Numbered from the whole stretch's first letter, positions 40,130-53,037 are shown. The stretch: 63,728 nt of DNA, filler included, from Octopus bimaculoides (GCF_001194135.2; 3 parts of 3 records of this genome joined end to end with filler, not necessarily neighbours in it); one strand, 5' to 3'. Made by a program: numbers and translations. Notes: generated by a model from the letters alone, not told the origin.

Positions 40130-40975
40130 GATGTCCCTCCCCTAACAGAAATAGGTATAGAAACCAAGAAAGGGGAGGAGAAAAAACGAGAAAACCGCAG
40201 AAAGAGACAAACAAAGAGAAGGAGAATAAATCACAGAAAACAAAAGATGGCGATAAAGGAAGTCAACAAGATAAAAGGGAAGAGATAGATTACACAGTTG
40301 TGACACGTAAAAGAAAAAAAGCCCCAGCCCCTGACTCCCCTCCCATAACAAAGAAAGCAATAACCACACGCGCAGGCACACAAGAAAAAATTCCTCAGTC
40401 CACTCCCAAATTGAAACCCCAGGCCATTCCAGTGATTTGCTGGACGTGACTAAAGAAGTGATCTAGAAAATACTAGAGGTTGCACCCCAGAGAGAAAAAG
40501 AGGGAGAGACTGCCAAAATTAGTGCAGCCCCTCCCCAAAACGTAAAGCAATAACCACACACGCAGGCACACAAGAAAAAATTCCTCAGTCCACTCCCAAA
40601 TTGAAACCCCAGGCCATTCCAGTGATTTGCTGGACGTGACTAAAGAAGTGATCTAGAAAATACTAGAGGTTGCACCCNNNNNNNNNNTTGCTGGACGTGA
40701 CTAAAGAAGTGATCTAGAAAATACTAGAGGTTGCACCCCAGAGAGAAAAAGAGGGAGAGACTGCCAAAATTAGTGCAGCCCCTCCCCAAAACGTAAAAAC
40801 GTAATATTCTTTTGCTGTTTTAAATTCTTCCATGAAGATTAAAGTAGGGTGTATAAATGCACGAGGCTAGGCGTCGAGATGGAAACAAATCTGTCTCCTG
40901 AATGACCTCAGGTTACTAGCTTTGGATATATGTGCGGTAACTAAGTCCAAGTTGAATGAGCCTCATACTTTGCAG
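40130..40975 (+). mobile_element. L1/Tx1-like LINE fragment: basic ORF1 tail and start of ORF2 APE endonuclease
   Basis: K/E-rich ORF (40066-40449), then ATG at 40832: MKIKVGCINARG*ASRWKQICLLNDLRLLALDICAVTKSKL, resembling the APE N-terminal NxRGL...D...ET motif. Confidence 0.6.
40354..40798 (+). repeat. 190-bp tandem duplication (2 copies plus a partial copy across a 10-N gap)
   Basis: Unit starting aaagcaataaccacac at 40354 recurs at 40544. The third partial copy after the gap at 40678-40687 is probably contig overlap. Confidence 0.9.
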
Positions 40976-41990
40976 CAGCAAAGTACAAAGAAAAGGGAGT
41001 AGGAGCAAGGATGTCACCCTGCTTGACACCATCCTTTACAAGAATGGGTCCCGCCATGCCACCACCAACACTGATCCAAGCCTCCATTTCATCATAAAAT
41101 AATTTAATTATAGATTCAAAGTGATCCGGACATCCAAGTTTGCCAAATGTTTTCCATAGCAAGGCCCTATTCACAGTATCAAAGACCTTGGTTGAATCGA
41201 CGAATACCTGGACAAGATCCATATTCTGCTGATAGCACTTCTTCTGCATCTGTTTTACTGTGAAAATCATATCCATTATCCCTATACCAGATCGGAAGCC
41301 ACACTGAGATTCAGATAGGATATCATTTACGAGATACTCATTCAGGCGGGTAAGAAGAATATTTGCTAGAACCTTGCCAGCAGCTGATAGTAGAGCAATA
41401 TCTCTGTAGTTACCACACATTATTCTGGCTCCTTTTCCTTTATAGAAAGGGAAAATAATTGAATCCTTTCAGTCCTTAAGCATTGCACCATCCCTCCAGA
41501 CTACACTATTAAGTTCATGAAGGGATTGTATGATGTCATCACCACAAAATCGCAAGACCTTAGCACAAATTTCATCCCTTCCAGGTGCCCTACCAAGATT
41601 CAATTTACTTATTGCTGTCATTACCTCATCTATTGAGGGTGTGGAATTTGAGGAGCCAATAATAAGTAGTTACTGCATAGTATCAAACACTGTTTCATCT
41701 GCAACTCACTCATGCTTTAGGAGTCCAGAGAAGTGTTCAATCCAACATCTTGTGATTTCTGTTGATTTAGTAAATAGAGTAGGAGACTCCTTGGAAAGCA
41801 AAGGAGCTGATGCAGAGCTCTTAGGCCCATAAACTTGCTTCATAAGATGGCAAAGCTTCTTGCTGTCATTTGCATCAGCAGCAGCCTGAACATCACGAGT
41901 AAGATCCTCTAACCAAGTGTTCTGCATCTTCCTGAGAGATTGCTGCCGTAGTGATTTTATACTGCTATGGTGTGCAAGTGCCAGATTTCG
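40975..41990 (-). mobile_element. RTE-clade (BovB-like) LINE fragment, RT domain, inactive
   Basis: ORF 40941-41420: GNYRDIALLSAAGKVLANILL.RL...ESQCGFR...DMIF...VFVDSTKVFDTVNR...GVKQGDILAPTPFSLYF. Upstream ORF 41706-41927 has the RTE linker (WLED...AADANDSKKL...RCWIEHFSGLL). Confidence 0.92.
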
Positions 41991-42139
41991 CTACACAGCT
42001 GAAAGACCTCTGTGCAGCAATACATTGTAGGCACGGCGCTTTACAACCAATATATTAGTTGAGGTGTAGTGTGTAGTGGTCATAAAACAGCTGTCGAATC
42101 GCACGCCCTGTTCCTTTTGACTCTACTTATTCTTTCCTT

Positions 42140-42201
<62 letters not shown>

Positions 42202-42271
42202 CATATATATATATGTATATATGTATGTATGCATGTATGTTTGTATGTATGTATACATGTATGTATGTATG

Positions 42272-42303
<32 letters not shown>

Positions 42304-42334
42304 TATATGTATATGGTTCAAATGTACACAACAG

Positions 42335-43050
42335 GAATGGAAGATATAGGTGAGAGAACAACAAACAGTATATTAGTTTGACGTTCGAGAAAAATGGAAA
42401 AGTCTTTGATGTTTCGAGCCTACACTCTTCAACAGAAAGGAATGAGGAAAGGAAATGAATAGAGAAAAAAAAAAACAGAGACAGAAAAAAACACGTGTCT
42501 GGATTAACGGTTCCACATTTCCAAATGACTGTAAGGAAGAAATTCAATGGAAAGACATCTGTTAGTTTTTACGAACGGAAGGAGAATTCTCAGTACTGTA
42601 CGAGAGTGCATTAGATGCGCAGTTGGTGAAGCACCTCTTGATTTATATATGATTTCTAACGTAGTCGATTAAGGGATTTGTCACGTGTTTGGTAGGGTTG
42701 TCAATTACGTCCGTACTTTTTGAGAGATGTAGTTCTGCTTTAGGGTTAACAACGTGGTTGATTCTCTGGCTGGTATCATAGTAGTGTATGATTGGTCACA
42801 TGGCTAACTGTAGTATACATAATGTCTGGGTTTTTTTTGTTTTCTTTCCTCTTGGGTATCCAGAAAAAAATCTCCATTGAAGTAAATCAGCAAGAATTTT
42901 GCTACATGACGGCACACTGAGATGAACTCAACACCTTTAGACACTCCGATTACAATCCCATTTTCAATATTTCAAACTCACCGATGAATTCCGGAAAACT
43001 AATGCAAAGTGTACGGAAACGTTGACCGTGAGAGGAAAGCACGGTTTACA
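42335..43050 (-). mobile_element. Penelope-like element 3' part (decayed GIY-YIG region and terminal pLTR/UTR)
   Basis: 42335-42480 is the reverse complement of the terminal sequence also seen at 51430-51585, including the gaagag..taggctcgaaac motif. The upstream part resembles a degenerate PLE endonuclease. Confidence 0.6.
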
Positions 43051-43191
43051 AGAAGTCAGGCAATACAGACTCTACACAGTTCTAACACAAGTTTGTATAG
43101 AGTACTTTACGTTCTTGGATGAAAGCATATACATATACTTTATATGTATACATATGTGTGTGTGTATGTGTGCATGTGAGAGAGAGAGAGG

Positions 43192-43233
<42 letters not shown>

Positions 43234-43443
43234 GTGTGTAAAAATCGTATATAGGTAGGTATCCTTTTACTTGTTTAAATGAACTGTAGCCATCCTGGGG
43301 CCCCTATATGTGTGTCAGTGTGTATATGCATGCGGTGGCTGACTCGTACCCTTAGTCACTTTTAATGATCATTCTACTGTGTATTTTTGGTTTTAAATTG
43401 CAACTAGCGTCTTTAATTATTTATATATACATACATACATACA

Positions 43444-43479
<36 letters not shown>

Positions 43480-44465
43480 TANNNNNNNNNNNNNNNNNNN
43501 NNNNNNNNNNNNNNNNNNNNNNNNNNNNNNNNNNNNNNNNNNNNNNNNNNNNNNNNNNNNNNNNNNNNNNNNNNNNNNNNNNNNNNNNNNNNNNNNNNNN
43601 NNNNNNNNNNNNNNNNNNNNNNNNNNNNNNNNNNNNNNNNNNNNNNNNNNNNNNNNNNNNNNNNNNNNNNNNNNNNNNNNNNNNNNNNNNNNNNNNNNNN
43701 NNNNNNNNNNNNNNNNNNNNNNNNNNNNNNNNNNNNNNNNNNNNNNNNNNNNNNNNNNNNNNNNNNNNNNNNNNNNNNNNNNNNNNNNNNNNNNNNNNNN
43801 NNNNNNNNNNNNNNNNNNNNNNNNNNNNNNNNNNNNNNNNNNNNNNNNNNNNNNNNNNNNNNNNNNNNNNNNNNNNNNNNNNNNNNNNNNNNNNNNNNNN
43901 NNNNNNNNNNNNNNNNNNNNNNNNNNNNNNNNNNNNNNNNNNNNNNTATATATATATATATATATATATATATGCATACTACATGCATACTACATACATA
44001 CATACATACATGACACGATTATATTTTCGTGTAAAAACACTAAATGATCAATGCATACTTATGAAATGAGCATTTTGCGTTTACATAAGTATGCGTTGCA
44101 TATATGCATATATGTGCGTGCGTGCGTATGTGTGTGTGTGTGTATCTTTGTATGTGTGCATTTATGCACATATGCATATATGTATACATGTATGCTTGTA
44201 TGTAGGTGAAGATCCGATTGCAAGAATACGTATAAGTCTAAATACACACGCATACACATTCACTAATACATATACACACGCACACACACCCAGCCCATGC
44301 ACACACACACACAAACATTCACATACACACACTTGTGCATTCATACGTTTTATGCCCTTTACCGAATGTTTTATGCATAAATAATATATGCATGTGCATA
44401 AACATGAACAAGATAACGAGAGTAAAAAAATGCTGAGTGCGGGGTGGCGGGTGGTTTTGATTTAG

Positions 44466-44611
44466 ATTCGATTTGCCAGGAACCACAGCAGAGAAGATAG
44501 ACTTGAATATGCACCATTGTGAACCAGTTCCACCATTGACACGTCAATCTAAGGCAATAATTGTCTCTTGCAATACGTTTGGCGCCACAGAACAAGCATT
44601 GCTGTACACAA
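44466..44611 (+). CDS. Candidate internal coding exon (146 nt) of an unidentified gene
   Basis: Acceptor ttttgatttag|, strong donor acaa|GTAAGT, more GC-rich than the surroundings. Open frame FDLPGTTAEKIDLNMHHCEPVPPLTRQSKAIIVSCNTFGATEQALLYT. No TE motif and no homologue recognised. Confidence 0.35.
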
Positions 44612-44716
44612 GTAAGTGATGGAGCATGCGCAATTCTATAAAATCTGACAAAACATATCACAGCACTCCATTCGTCACAGTAATCACGTTGGATGTAAAG
44701 TTTATTCCTCTTTTTC

Positions 44717-44770
<54 letters not shown>

Positions 44771-44771
44771 G

Positions 44772-44811
<40 letters not shown>

Positions 44812-45025
44812 AAGGCGGCGAGCTGGCAGAATTGTTAGTACGCCAAGCGAAATGCTTAGCGGCATTTCGTCTGCTGCTACATTCTGAGTTCAAATTCCGC
44901 TGAGGTCCACTTTGCCTTTCATCATTTTGGGGTCGATGAAATAAGTACCAGTTGAATACTGGGGTCGATGCAATCGTCTTGACACCCTCTCCCAAAATTA
45001 CTGCCCTTGAGGCAAAATTTGAAAC

Positions 45026-45071
<46 letters not shown>

Positions 45072-45330
45072 GGTGGTGGTGATGATGATGATGATGATGG
45101 TTGTGGTGGTGGTGGTGGTGATGACGATGTTGTTGTCGTCATCATCGTTGTTCCTGGCTGAATCGTTAGCACGCCGAGCAAAACGCTTAGCGACATTTTG
45201 TCCGTCTTTACGTTCTGAGTTCCAATTCCACTGAGGTTGACTTAGCCTTTAATCCTCTCGGGGTCGATAAAATAAGCACCAGTTGCGTACTGGGACCAAT
45301 GTAATCGATTGGTGCCAAAATTTGTAATCA
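44812..45330 (+). mobile_element. Two tandem SINE family A copies separated by (GTT)/(GGT)/(GAT) microsatellites
   Basis: Both carry gaat(t/c)gttag(t/c)acgcc(a/g)agc...ttctgagttc...tcatttt/cctctcggggtcgat(g/a)aaataag(t/c)accagttg. Confidence 0.88.
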
Positions 45331-45726
45331 TTATTATTTTTCTTGCTGTTATTATTATTTTCGTTGCTATTTCTTTATTAAAAAAAACAAAAATCACAAT
45401 TTTTATTCAGTTACATTACATAACGATTCCCTCTTTTTCCATCATGCTTTATCTTTTCCCTTGTTTTTCTTTTGCTCATTCTCAATCTCTCTCTCCCTCC
45501 CTCTCTCTCCATCCCTTTCTCTCTTCCTCCCTCTCTCACCCTCCTTCTCACCCTCCCTCTCACCGTCACCCTCTCTCCTCTCTCCTTCCATCTCTCTGTC
45601 TCACACACACATACACACACATACTCTTTCTCATACAACCACGTTGAACTGGGGTCAATCTATGAATAAAAGATAGAGGGAGGTGGTGGTGGAAGGAGTA
45701 TTACGAAAGCGAGAAAGAAAGAACGA

Positions 45727-45773
<47 letters not shown>

Positions 45774-47659
45774 GAAGAAAGAAAGAAAGAAAGAAAGAAA
45801 ATGTGTTGTAGATTAAAGAGAACTGGGTTTAGCGGCTAGCTTTCCCTTCATCATTGTCGTCGTCTCTGTGAATGCCACCTCCTTCCGTTTCGTTGTTGTT
45901 TGCCTTAAGAATAAACTAAATTTTTGTTTACGTTTAGAACAACTGAAGCATTCGTTACTGTGAAGAACGAATAGAGTCGAAACGCCATATCTGGTAATCC
46001 ACTTTCTGTAGAAGTAGTCTTTTAATGAAGATAGATCTGTCAGCACAAATTTTTTGCGGTGTATTTAATTTTGCTGAATCGTAGCAAGGATGGAAATTGA
46101 GAAAGTGTTACTTAAAGAAAAGGAGTAAATAGTTAAAAACTGTTTGACAAACAATGATGTATCCGTTTATAAACATACATACATACATAATCTTGTTGTT
46201 TTGTTTGTGTCCCCGTAAGCTAGCGGTTCGGCAAAAGAGAACGATAGAATAAGTACTAAGCTTACATAGAATAAGTATTGGGGTCGATTTGATCGACTAA
46301 AAGGCAGTGCTCCAACATGGCCGCAGTCAAATGACTGAAACAAATAAAAGAATAAAAGAATATATGCNNNNNNNNNNNNNNNNNNNNNNNNNNNNNNNNN
46401 NNNNNNNNNNNNNNNNNNNNNNNNNNNNNNNNNNNNNNNNNNNNNNNNNNNNNNNNNNNNNNNNNNNNNNNNNNNNNNNNNNNNNNNNNNNNNNNNNNNN
46501 NNNNNNNNNNNNNNNNNNNNNNNNNNNNNNNNNNNNNNNNNNNNNNNNNNNNNNNNNNNNNNNNNNNNNNNNNNNNNNNNNNNNNNNNNNNNNNNNNNNN
46601 NNNNNNNNNNNNNNNNNNNNNNNNNNNNNNNNNNNNNNNNNNNNNNNNNNNNNNNNNNNNNNNNNNNNNNNNNNNNNNNNNNNNNNNNNNNNNNNNNNNN
46701 NNNNNNNNNNNNNNNNNNNNNNNNNNNNNNNNNNNNNNNNNNNNNNNNNNNNNNNNNNNNNNNNNNNNNNNNNNNNNNNNNNNNNNNNNNNNNNNNNNNN
46801 NNNNNNNNNNNNNNNNNNNNNNNNNNNNNNNNNNNNNNNNNNNNNNNNNNNNNNNNNNNNNNNNNNNNNNNNNNNNNNNNNNNNNNNNNNNNNNNNNNNN
46901 NNNNNNNNNNNNNNNNNNNNNNNNNNNNNNNNNNNNNNNNNNNNNNNNNNNNNNNNNNNNNNNNNNNNNNNNNNNNNNNNNNNNNNNNNNNNNNNNNNNN
47001 NNNNNNNNNNNNNNNNNNNNNNNNTATATATATATATTTATAAACATACATACATACATATATACATGCATGCATAAATACATACATACATGCATAAATA
47101 CATACATACATAATCTTGTTGTTTTGTTTGTGTCCCCGTAAGCTAGCGGTTCGGCAAAAGAGAACGATAGAATAAGTACTAAGCTTACATAGAATAAGTA
47201 TTGGGGTCGATTTGATCGACTAAAAGGCAGTGCTCCAACATGGCCGCAGTCAAATGACTGAAACAAATAAAAGAATAAAAGAATATATGCTATGATCAAG
47301 TCATCCCAGTAAGCCCCATTCTTTAGACTATTAACTCCTATCAAAAGAGCAGGTACACGAAATAAATTAAATAAAACTAGTCAACTAAGGATTGAACCCG
47401 GATAGCAGACTCGGTTGCTTATTGCCATACAAAACGGTGCCAGCACTCGAACGTAACTCCATGACTTTATGCTAAAGTAAACTTATTATTTTCTTAAGTC
47501 TGCTGCAAGCTGTTCGTGTCGGCTGTGTTTTATCAAGACATTTAACCATTCTTTGCTTAATAAAAACAAATACAATTCATTGATAGCCAGTTACTAAGAC
47601 CTAATAGTTTGAGGCACCAAATTACGAACTCCCGGCCATTGCTATATATCCATACGCGA

Positions 47660-47882
47660 GACACTTCACTTCCGACCGGAAGGCTTCGTATTCATTCTTA
47701 ATATCTCTTTATTAATTTATTCATGACGGTTAGGCACCAGTTTCAAATCTATTTCGGAACCAGTCGATATAAAAATACAAGCACTTTTGAAAATATTATT
47801 TTTCATTACACACTCTCATCGTAACTTATCACTTTCTATAATTCTATAATTTAAATGTTCCGTCTGGAAAAGCGGAAGTGAT
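47660..47882. promoter_or_regulatory. Possible promoter-like segment with ETS/GABP-type motifs
   Basis: cACTTCCG (47667-47674), CCGGAAG (47676-47682) and GCGGAAGTG (47872-47880) in non-repetitive DNA. Motif match only. Confidence 0.25.
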
Positions 47883-48463
47883 GACAGAAAATGTCTGTCT
47901 ACCTCCATCTCTGACTCTTTGTAGTTTCTGCAACGATCATCATTTCTACACAAATTCAACCTTTTCTCGCAGTAATACAAAGAAAGAAAAGCGCAGATTT
48001 AACTGCCTAAGCCCAGAGGGGGTGGAAAATGTAGAAAAAATATTGAAAAATTTATCAAAAGAATATAAAATTATTGGAATAAGCGTGGTTTATGAGGGCG
48101 CGAATATCTTAACATTATGGTGGAAAGTTATGATTGGGGAAATAGTTGCTGTAACAACTAATAAATTACGTATCCTTTTTATCAAACCACTCCCATTCTT
48201 TTAGTGCTAAATAATGGCTCATTATATTTAATAATGTGACATTTCTCTGTCTCCTTCAATCTTTGAATAAAAGATGGAGGGAAGTAGAGGTGAAAGGAGT
48301 ATTACAAAAGCGAGAAAGGAAGAGAGAGGGAGAGTGTATTGTAGATTAAAGAGATCTTTAATGTCTTGAAGTGTAGTTTTTGTGTTTTCCCGAAGGAATG
48401 AAGTAAAACGAAATAATAGAATCGAACATTATGTATGAATATGTATGTGTGTGTGTGTGTGGT

Positions 48464-48516
<53 letters not shown>

Positions 48517-48551
48517 ATACAGAAAAGACACACACACACACACACACACAA

Positions 48552-48605
<54 letters not shown>

Positions 48606-48607
48606 GT

Positions 48608-49740
48608 AAAGGAGGGCAAGTCAAAACTTACACGCGCTTTTGTTTCCGAGGTTGAAGAATTACATCATTTTCTGACAGTTTCCTTGCTTTTCGATGCACT
48701 TCATCCAGCGGTCCACAGGCTTGCTTATTCCATCGGAGAAGAAGGTTTTTAGTTGATCGCGAAGCCATTTATGCATCGCTTCCGCTGCCTCTTCATCCAT
48801 ACCAAATCGACGACCTTACAAAAAGATATTTGAGTGGTCCAAAGAAGTGATGGTCGGAATGAGCAAGATCTGGATTGTATGCAAGATGTTCCAGCGTCTC
48901 GAAAGTCAATCTTTCCACGGTGTGGTTGTGCATTATGGTGCAGCCATAACACTTGCTTTGACAATAGACTTCGGCGTTTGGTGCGAATTGCTGGTTTCAG
49001 TTTGTTGGCCGGCATTTCACTGTAGCCTACACTGGTAACAGTAGACCCCTTTTCCAGGTAATGTTCCAGAATAGGCCCTTTCGCGTCTCAAAAAATGGTT
49101 AGCATCACTTTTTCTGCGAAAGGTTGAGTCTTGAATTACTTTCGCTGGCGATTCGGAGTGTTTTCAATTCATATTCTGCTTTTGGATTCAGGCACAAAGT
49201 GATGCACCCAGGTCTCATCTCCTATGACTATTCTTTCCAAAAGTGTTTCGCCTTCATCGTTGAGGCAGTCGAATTAGCGTTGACAGATATCCACACAATT
49301 ATGCTTATGCGCTTCGCTATGCTTTCTTGACACCCATCTCGCACAGACTTTACGAAAGCGAAGTTTGTAGTTGATTTCGTATGCAGAAGCATGACTAATT
49401 TGCAGAGAAATGCCACCTCATCGATGGTCACTCGTCGGTTCGTCAGAACCATCTCTCGAACTTGTTGAATCTTCACATCATTGGTGGAGATCGATGGATG
49501 TCCTGCTCCTTCATACTACACGCTTGTCCGGCCATTTTTAACTTCTTGATCCGCTTATACACACTTCTACTCAGTAGAGCACTGTCCCCGTATTGCACTA
49601 AAAACCTACGATGAATTGAAGCTCCTGACTAGATAAATCGGATCACTGATCTCTGTTCTTCCTTGGTGCATACTGCCCGCGGAGCGACCATGTTTACTCT
49701 GTAACAAAAGAAAACTGGAGCAATCAGTCAAACCTGGTTG
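48608..49740 (-). mobile_element. Decayed mariner (DD34D-type) transposon
   Basis: Minus-strand fragments: start MVAPRAVCTKEEQRSVIRF near 49691; QQVREMVLTNRRVTIDEVA; LWLHHNAQPH (decayed HDNARPH); a frameshifted AYSPDLAHSDHHFFGPLK motif. Paired TIRs were not confirmed. Confidence 0.85.
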
Positions 49741-49954
49741 AGTAACCACAAGCGTACCACCTTTTAGCACGCGAACACTGAAGGCAGTGCAGCCGACCTA
49801 CAGAAAGTTTTGGCGAAAGCACTATTAAAGGAGGGTTAATGAAGATGTAAGGTGTAGCAACACCAGTTGGCGCTGCCCCAGCATGGCCACAGCTTTTGAG
49901 CTAAAACTAGAAATACACATGCGCGCGCGCACACACACACACACACATACATTT

Positions 49955-50230
49955 CCAGTCCAGCATGCCCTGAGCGATTTCCATGTGGAGTTGCTTTTTG
50001 CTGCTCCGCTAGCACCTTGGGGACGAATTTCGCCGATATTTTCCACATGCACAAATCCTCTGTTAAATGAAATGCATTGTTCCTGTTCTTAGTCCTACTT
50101 CGTGAGTAATTTCTTAGACTGTTACACAACAGACTTCCATGACTATTGACCGAACATTATCAATCAGCTCCTCGTTTTGGCTTGTGGGTGGCCTGCCTGA
50201 ACGTGCCCCACTCTCCATTGAAGTGCACCC
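49955..50230 (-). mobile_element. Second, different mariner transposase fragment (HTH and linker region)
   Basis: Minus strand reads RSGRPPTSQNEELIDNVR...DLCMWKISAKFVPKVLAEQQK, matching the mariner HTH and the WVP/FVP linker. Confidence 0.7.
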
Positions 50231-51329
50231 ATGTTTGAAGTGGTTGTACTAATCTACTACATATCTACTACGGAATTATCCCACCGTGAAAATAATATAG
50301 AAGATTATTATTAGTTAATTTAACGAATAATTCTTTTTATACCAACTAATTTAAATAGATAAAAGAGTTGTATTGAAGATGTAATTGTTTCTGTATTTTT
50401 TGTTGCGGTTATACGTAGGAGAAGACTTAGGTACTTAATTATTTACATTTATATACACACTACCTTATTGTTGTATGTTGTGGTAACAAACGACTATCTT
50501 GGACATGAAAGGGTTTCAAATGGTATGTTTGAGATGTAATGAAGTGAATTTCGATGGTTGTGGATTGCACTTAATTGATTGTATCGTCTGTTAAAGTGTT
50601 TTTGCTGTTTTTTAATTGTAATTGATGTATGATTGAATAGTTAACGCTTACGCTCATAACACATAGACATTTGAATTAATTTTTACAATCCAGCCATCCT
50701 TTCACATGGAATTTCTTCTTTTTCAAAACCATGAGCCTGAAGTGACTTTATATATAATGGAACTGTGATTATGTATGTCAGAAAAAATATTTAGTCGAAA
50801 CAATTTGTTGGCCTTTATGTTTTTTATAATTATTTATGTTATATAATATTATGTTATGTTATATTCATAGTATTTAATGTAATATTGCAATATAAATAAA
50901 TTATTGGATTGTCAATAGTATATCTCTATATTTAATATATCTTTATAATTGAATTATGCCAATATTTATATGGTATCCAACTGAAGTACCAATGAATTGG
51001 ATGTTTAACACACCCCTTTGAAGGATTTCTTTTCTTCAGTTTGTTACTTTATATATATATATACATGTATGTATATATGTATGCCTCCCCCACATCCCAA
51101 CACTACCACACCACACACCACTACACCACACACCACCATACCACACAACACCACATCACATCATCACGCACACACTAGCACTGACCACTTCCCAGCCCCA
51201 CACCATCATCCACACACCTACACATGCACGCACGCACACGTCAAGGTGACCAGCCCTCTTCCACACGCACATACATTCTCTTATACACACGCACGCGCAC
51301 CTTCGTTTTGGGATCACCACTACTTTATT

Positions 51330-51585
51330 TTCTCCCCTTCTTCTTAGCTCTCCTGTGTGACCCCTCTGTCCGGCATTCGCCATAATAGATCACTAGCCAC
51401 TACACATTCTTTATTTTCTCTCCTTGTTTTTTTTTCTGTGTTCCTTTCTGTGGAAGAGCGTAGGCTCGAAACGTTAAAGACTTTTTCACTTCCCGAGCGT
51501 TAAAGTAATATATCTGTTTGTTGTCTACACCACCTGTCTTCGTCTTTTGTTTTTTTTTTTGTGAATTCTCCCCCTATATATATAT
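51330..51585 (+). mobile_element. Penelope-like element terminal (pLTR/3') fragment
   Basis: cctttctgtggaagagcgtaggctcgaaacgttaaagac...acaccacctgtcttcgtc...gtgaattctcccctatatat. Homologous to 42335-42480 (-) and 58535-58605 (-). Confidence 0.65.
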
Positions 51586-51739
51586 TCTGGTTTTCGCTGT
51601 CTTCCCCTTTCGCCATTGTAGTATATTTAAATTGCCTGACGATAAATAGTCTCTCTTTAGTTAAATGTGATGATTCTGGATTGCTTTGCTACTTTTATTA
51701 AAGCTCTGATCTGGTTGAAATGAAATGGCTAAATTGCTT

Positions 51740-51880
51740 TAGCCATCACCATCACCAACACCACCATCATCAGTGTCATCATCATCATCATCGTCGTCGT
51801 CATCAGCGTCATCATCATCATTGTCGCCGCAACCATCACCACTATCATCATTACAATCATGACCATCGTCATCGTCGTCG

Positions 51881-51931
<51 letters not shown>

Positions 51932-52800
51932 CTATCATCACCAAAGCTACCAACATTAATGCTAATGTAACCATCACACCACCACCACTGACATCATTAT
52001 CATCAGCAGCAGCAACAGCAGCAGCGGAGCACAAGCACCACCACCACCACCACCACCACTAACATCACAAACATTTGCATCTTCCTCTCCATTATTATCA
52101 CCACCACCACCACCACCACCACCATCGCTTTCATCATTGTCACCATCGACACCACTTTTATCGTCCACCACCGCCTTACTCCATCTCCTTACCTCTACCT
52201 TCCCTTCATACCCACCTCCCTCTCACACCTCCTTTACTTGATCTCTCCTTCTCTTCCTTTTCCTCTTTTCCTCCTCACCTCCACTGCCTCCACTCCTCTC
52301 TTCACCTTCTCTTCCACTTTCCTCCTATCTTGCCCCTCCTTCACATCATCATCATCATCACTATTATCATCGTCGTCGTCGTCATCTTCGTCATCATCAT
52401 CATCATCATCATCGTTATCATCATCTTCATCACCATCATCATCTTTATCGTTTGCGTCTTTATCTCATCATTGTCATCGCCGTTAGCGCCATCTTTATCA
52501 ACATTAGCAGCAGCACCCCCGTCATCATCGTCGCCGTTGTCGTCGCCAACATCACCACCACCGCTGCCGCCGCCGCCACCGCACCGGTTGATATTGTTTT
52601 ACAAAATATCTGTCTTTCCATTTTTGGCATTGGTTAGATTCTGTTTGAACATATCTGGCACCATTTGTGATATGAGGCAATTGTTGCGCAAGATGCAATG
52701 TCTTGGAATGGTTACAGTCACTGGTTTTCTTCTGAATGTTTGGTGAGGCAAGACGTTGTGATGTGAGCGACAACATTTTTACTCACACTAACACCCCCGA

Positions 52801-52832
<32 letters not shown>

Positions 52833-52976
52833 TTCCTTCTCCACATAAGCATTAACATGTGATGATCATCATCGTCATCGTTATCATCGTTGTTGTCGTC
52901 GTCGTCATCGTCGTTGTCGTCGTCATCGTCGTTGTCGTCATCATCGTCATCGTCATCGTCGTCATCGTCATCATCG

Positions 52977-53037
<61 letters not shown>

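Noticed and set aside
46167-47290. Apparent ~200-bp direct repeat flanking a large gap
   Set aside because: Identical sequence on both sides of an N run, typical of unmerged contig overlap.
47878-48204. 108-aa ORF next to the ETS motifs
   Set aside because: No recognisable domain or splice support; length is within chance expectation.
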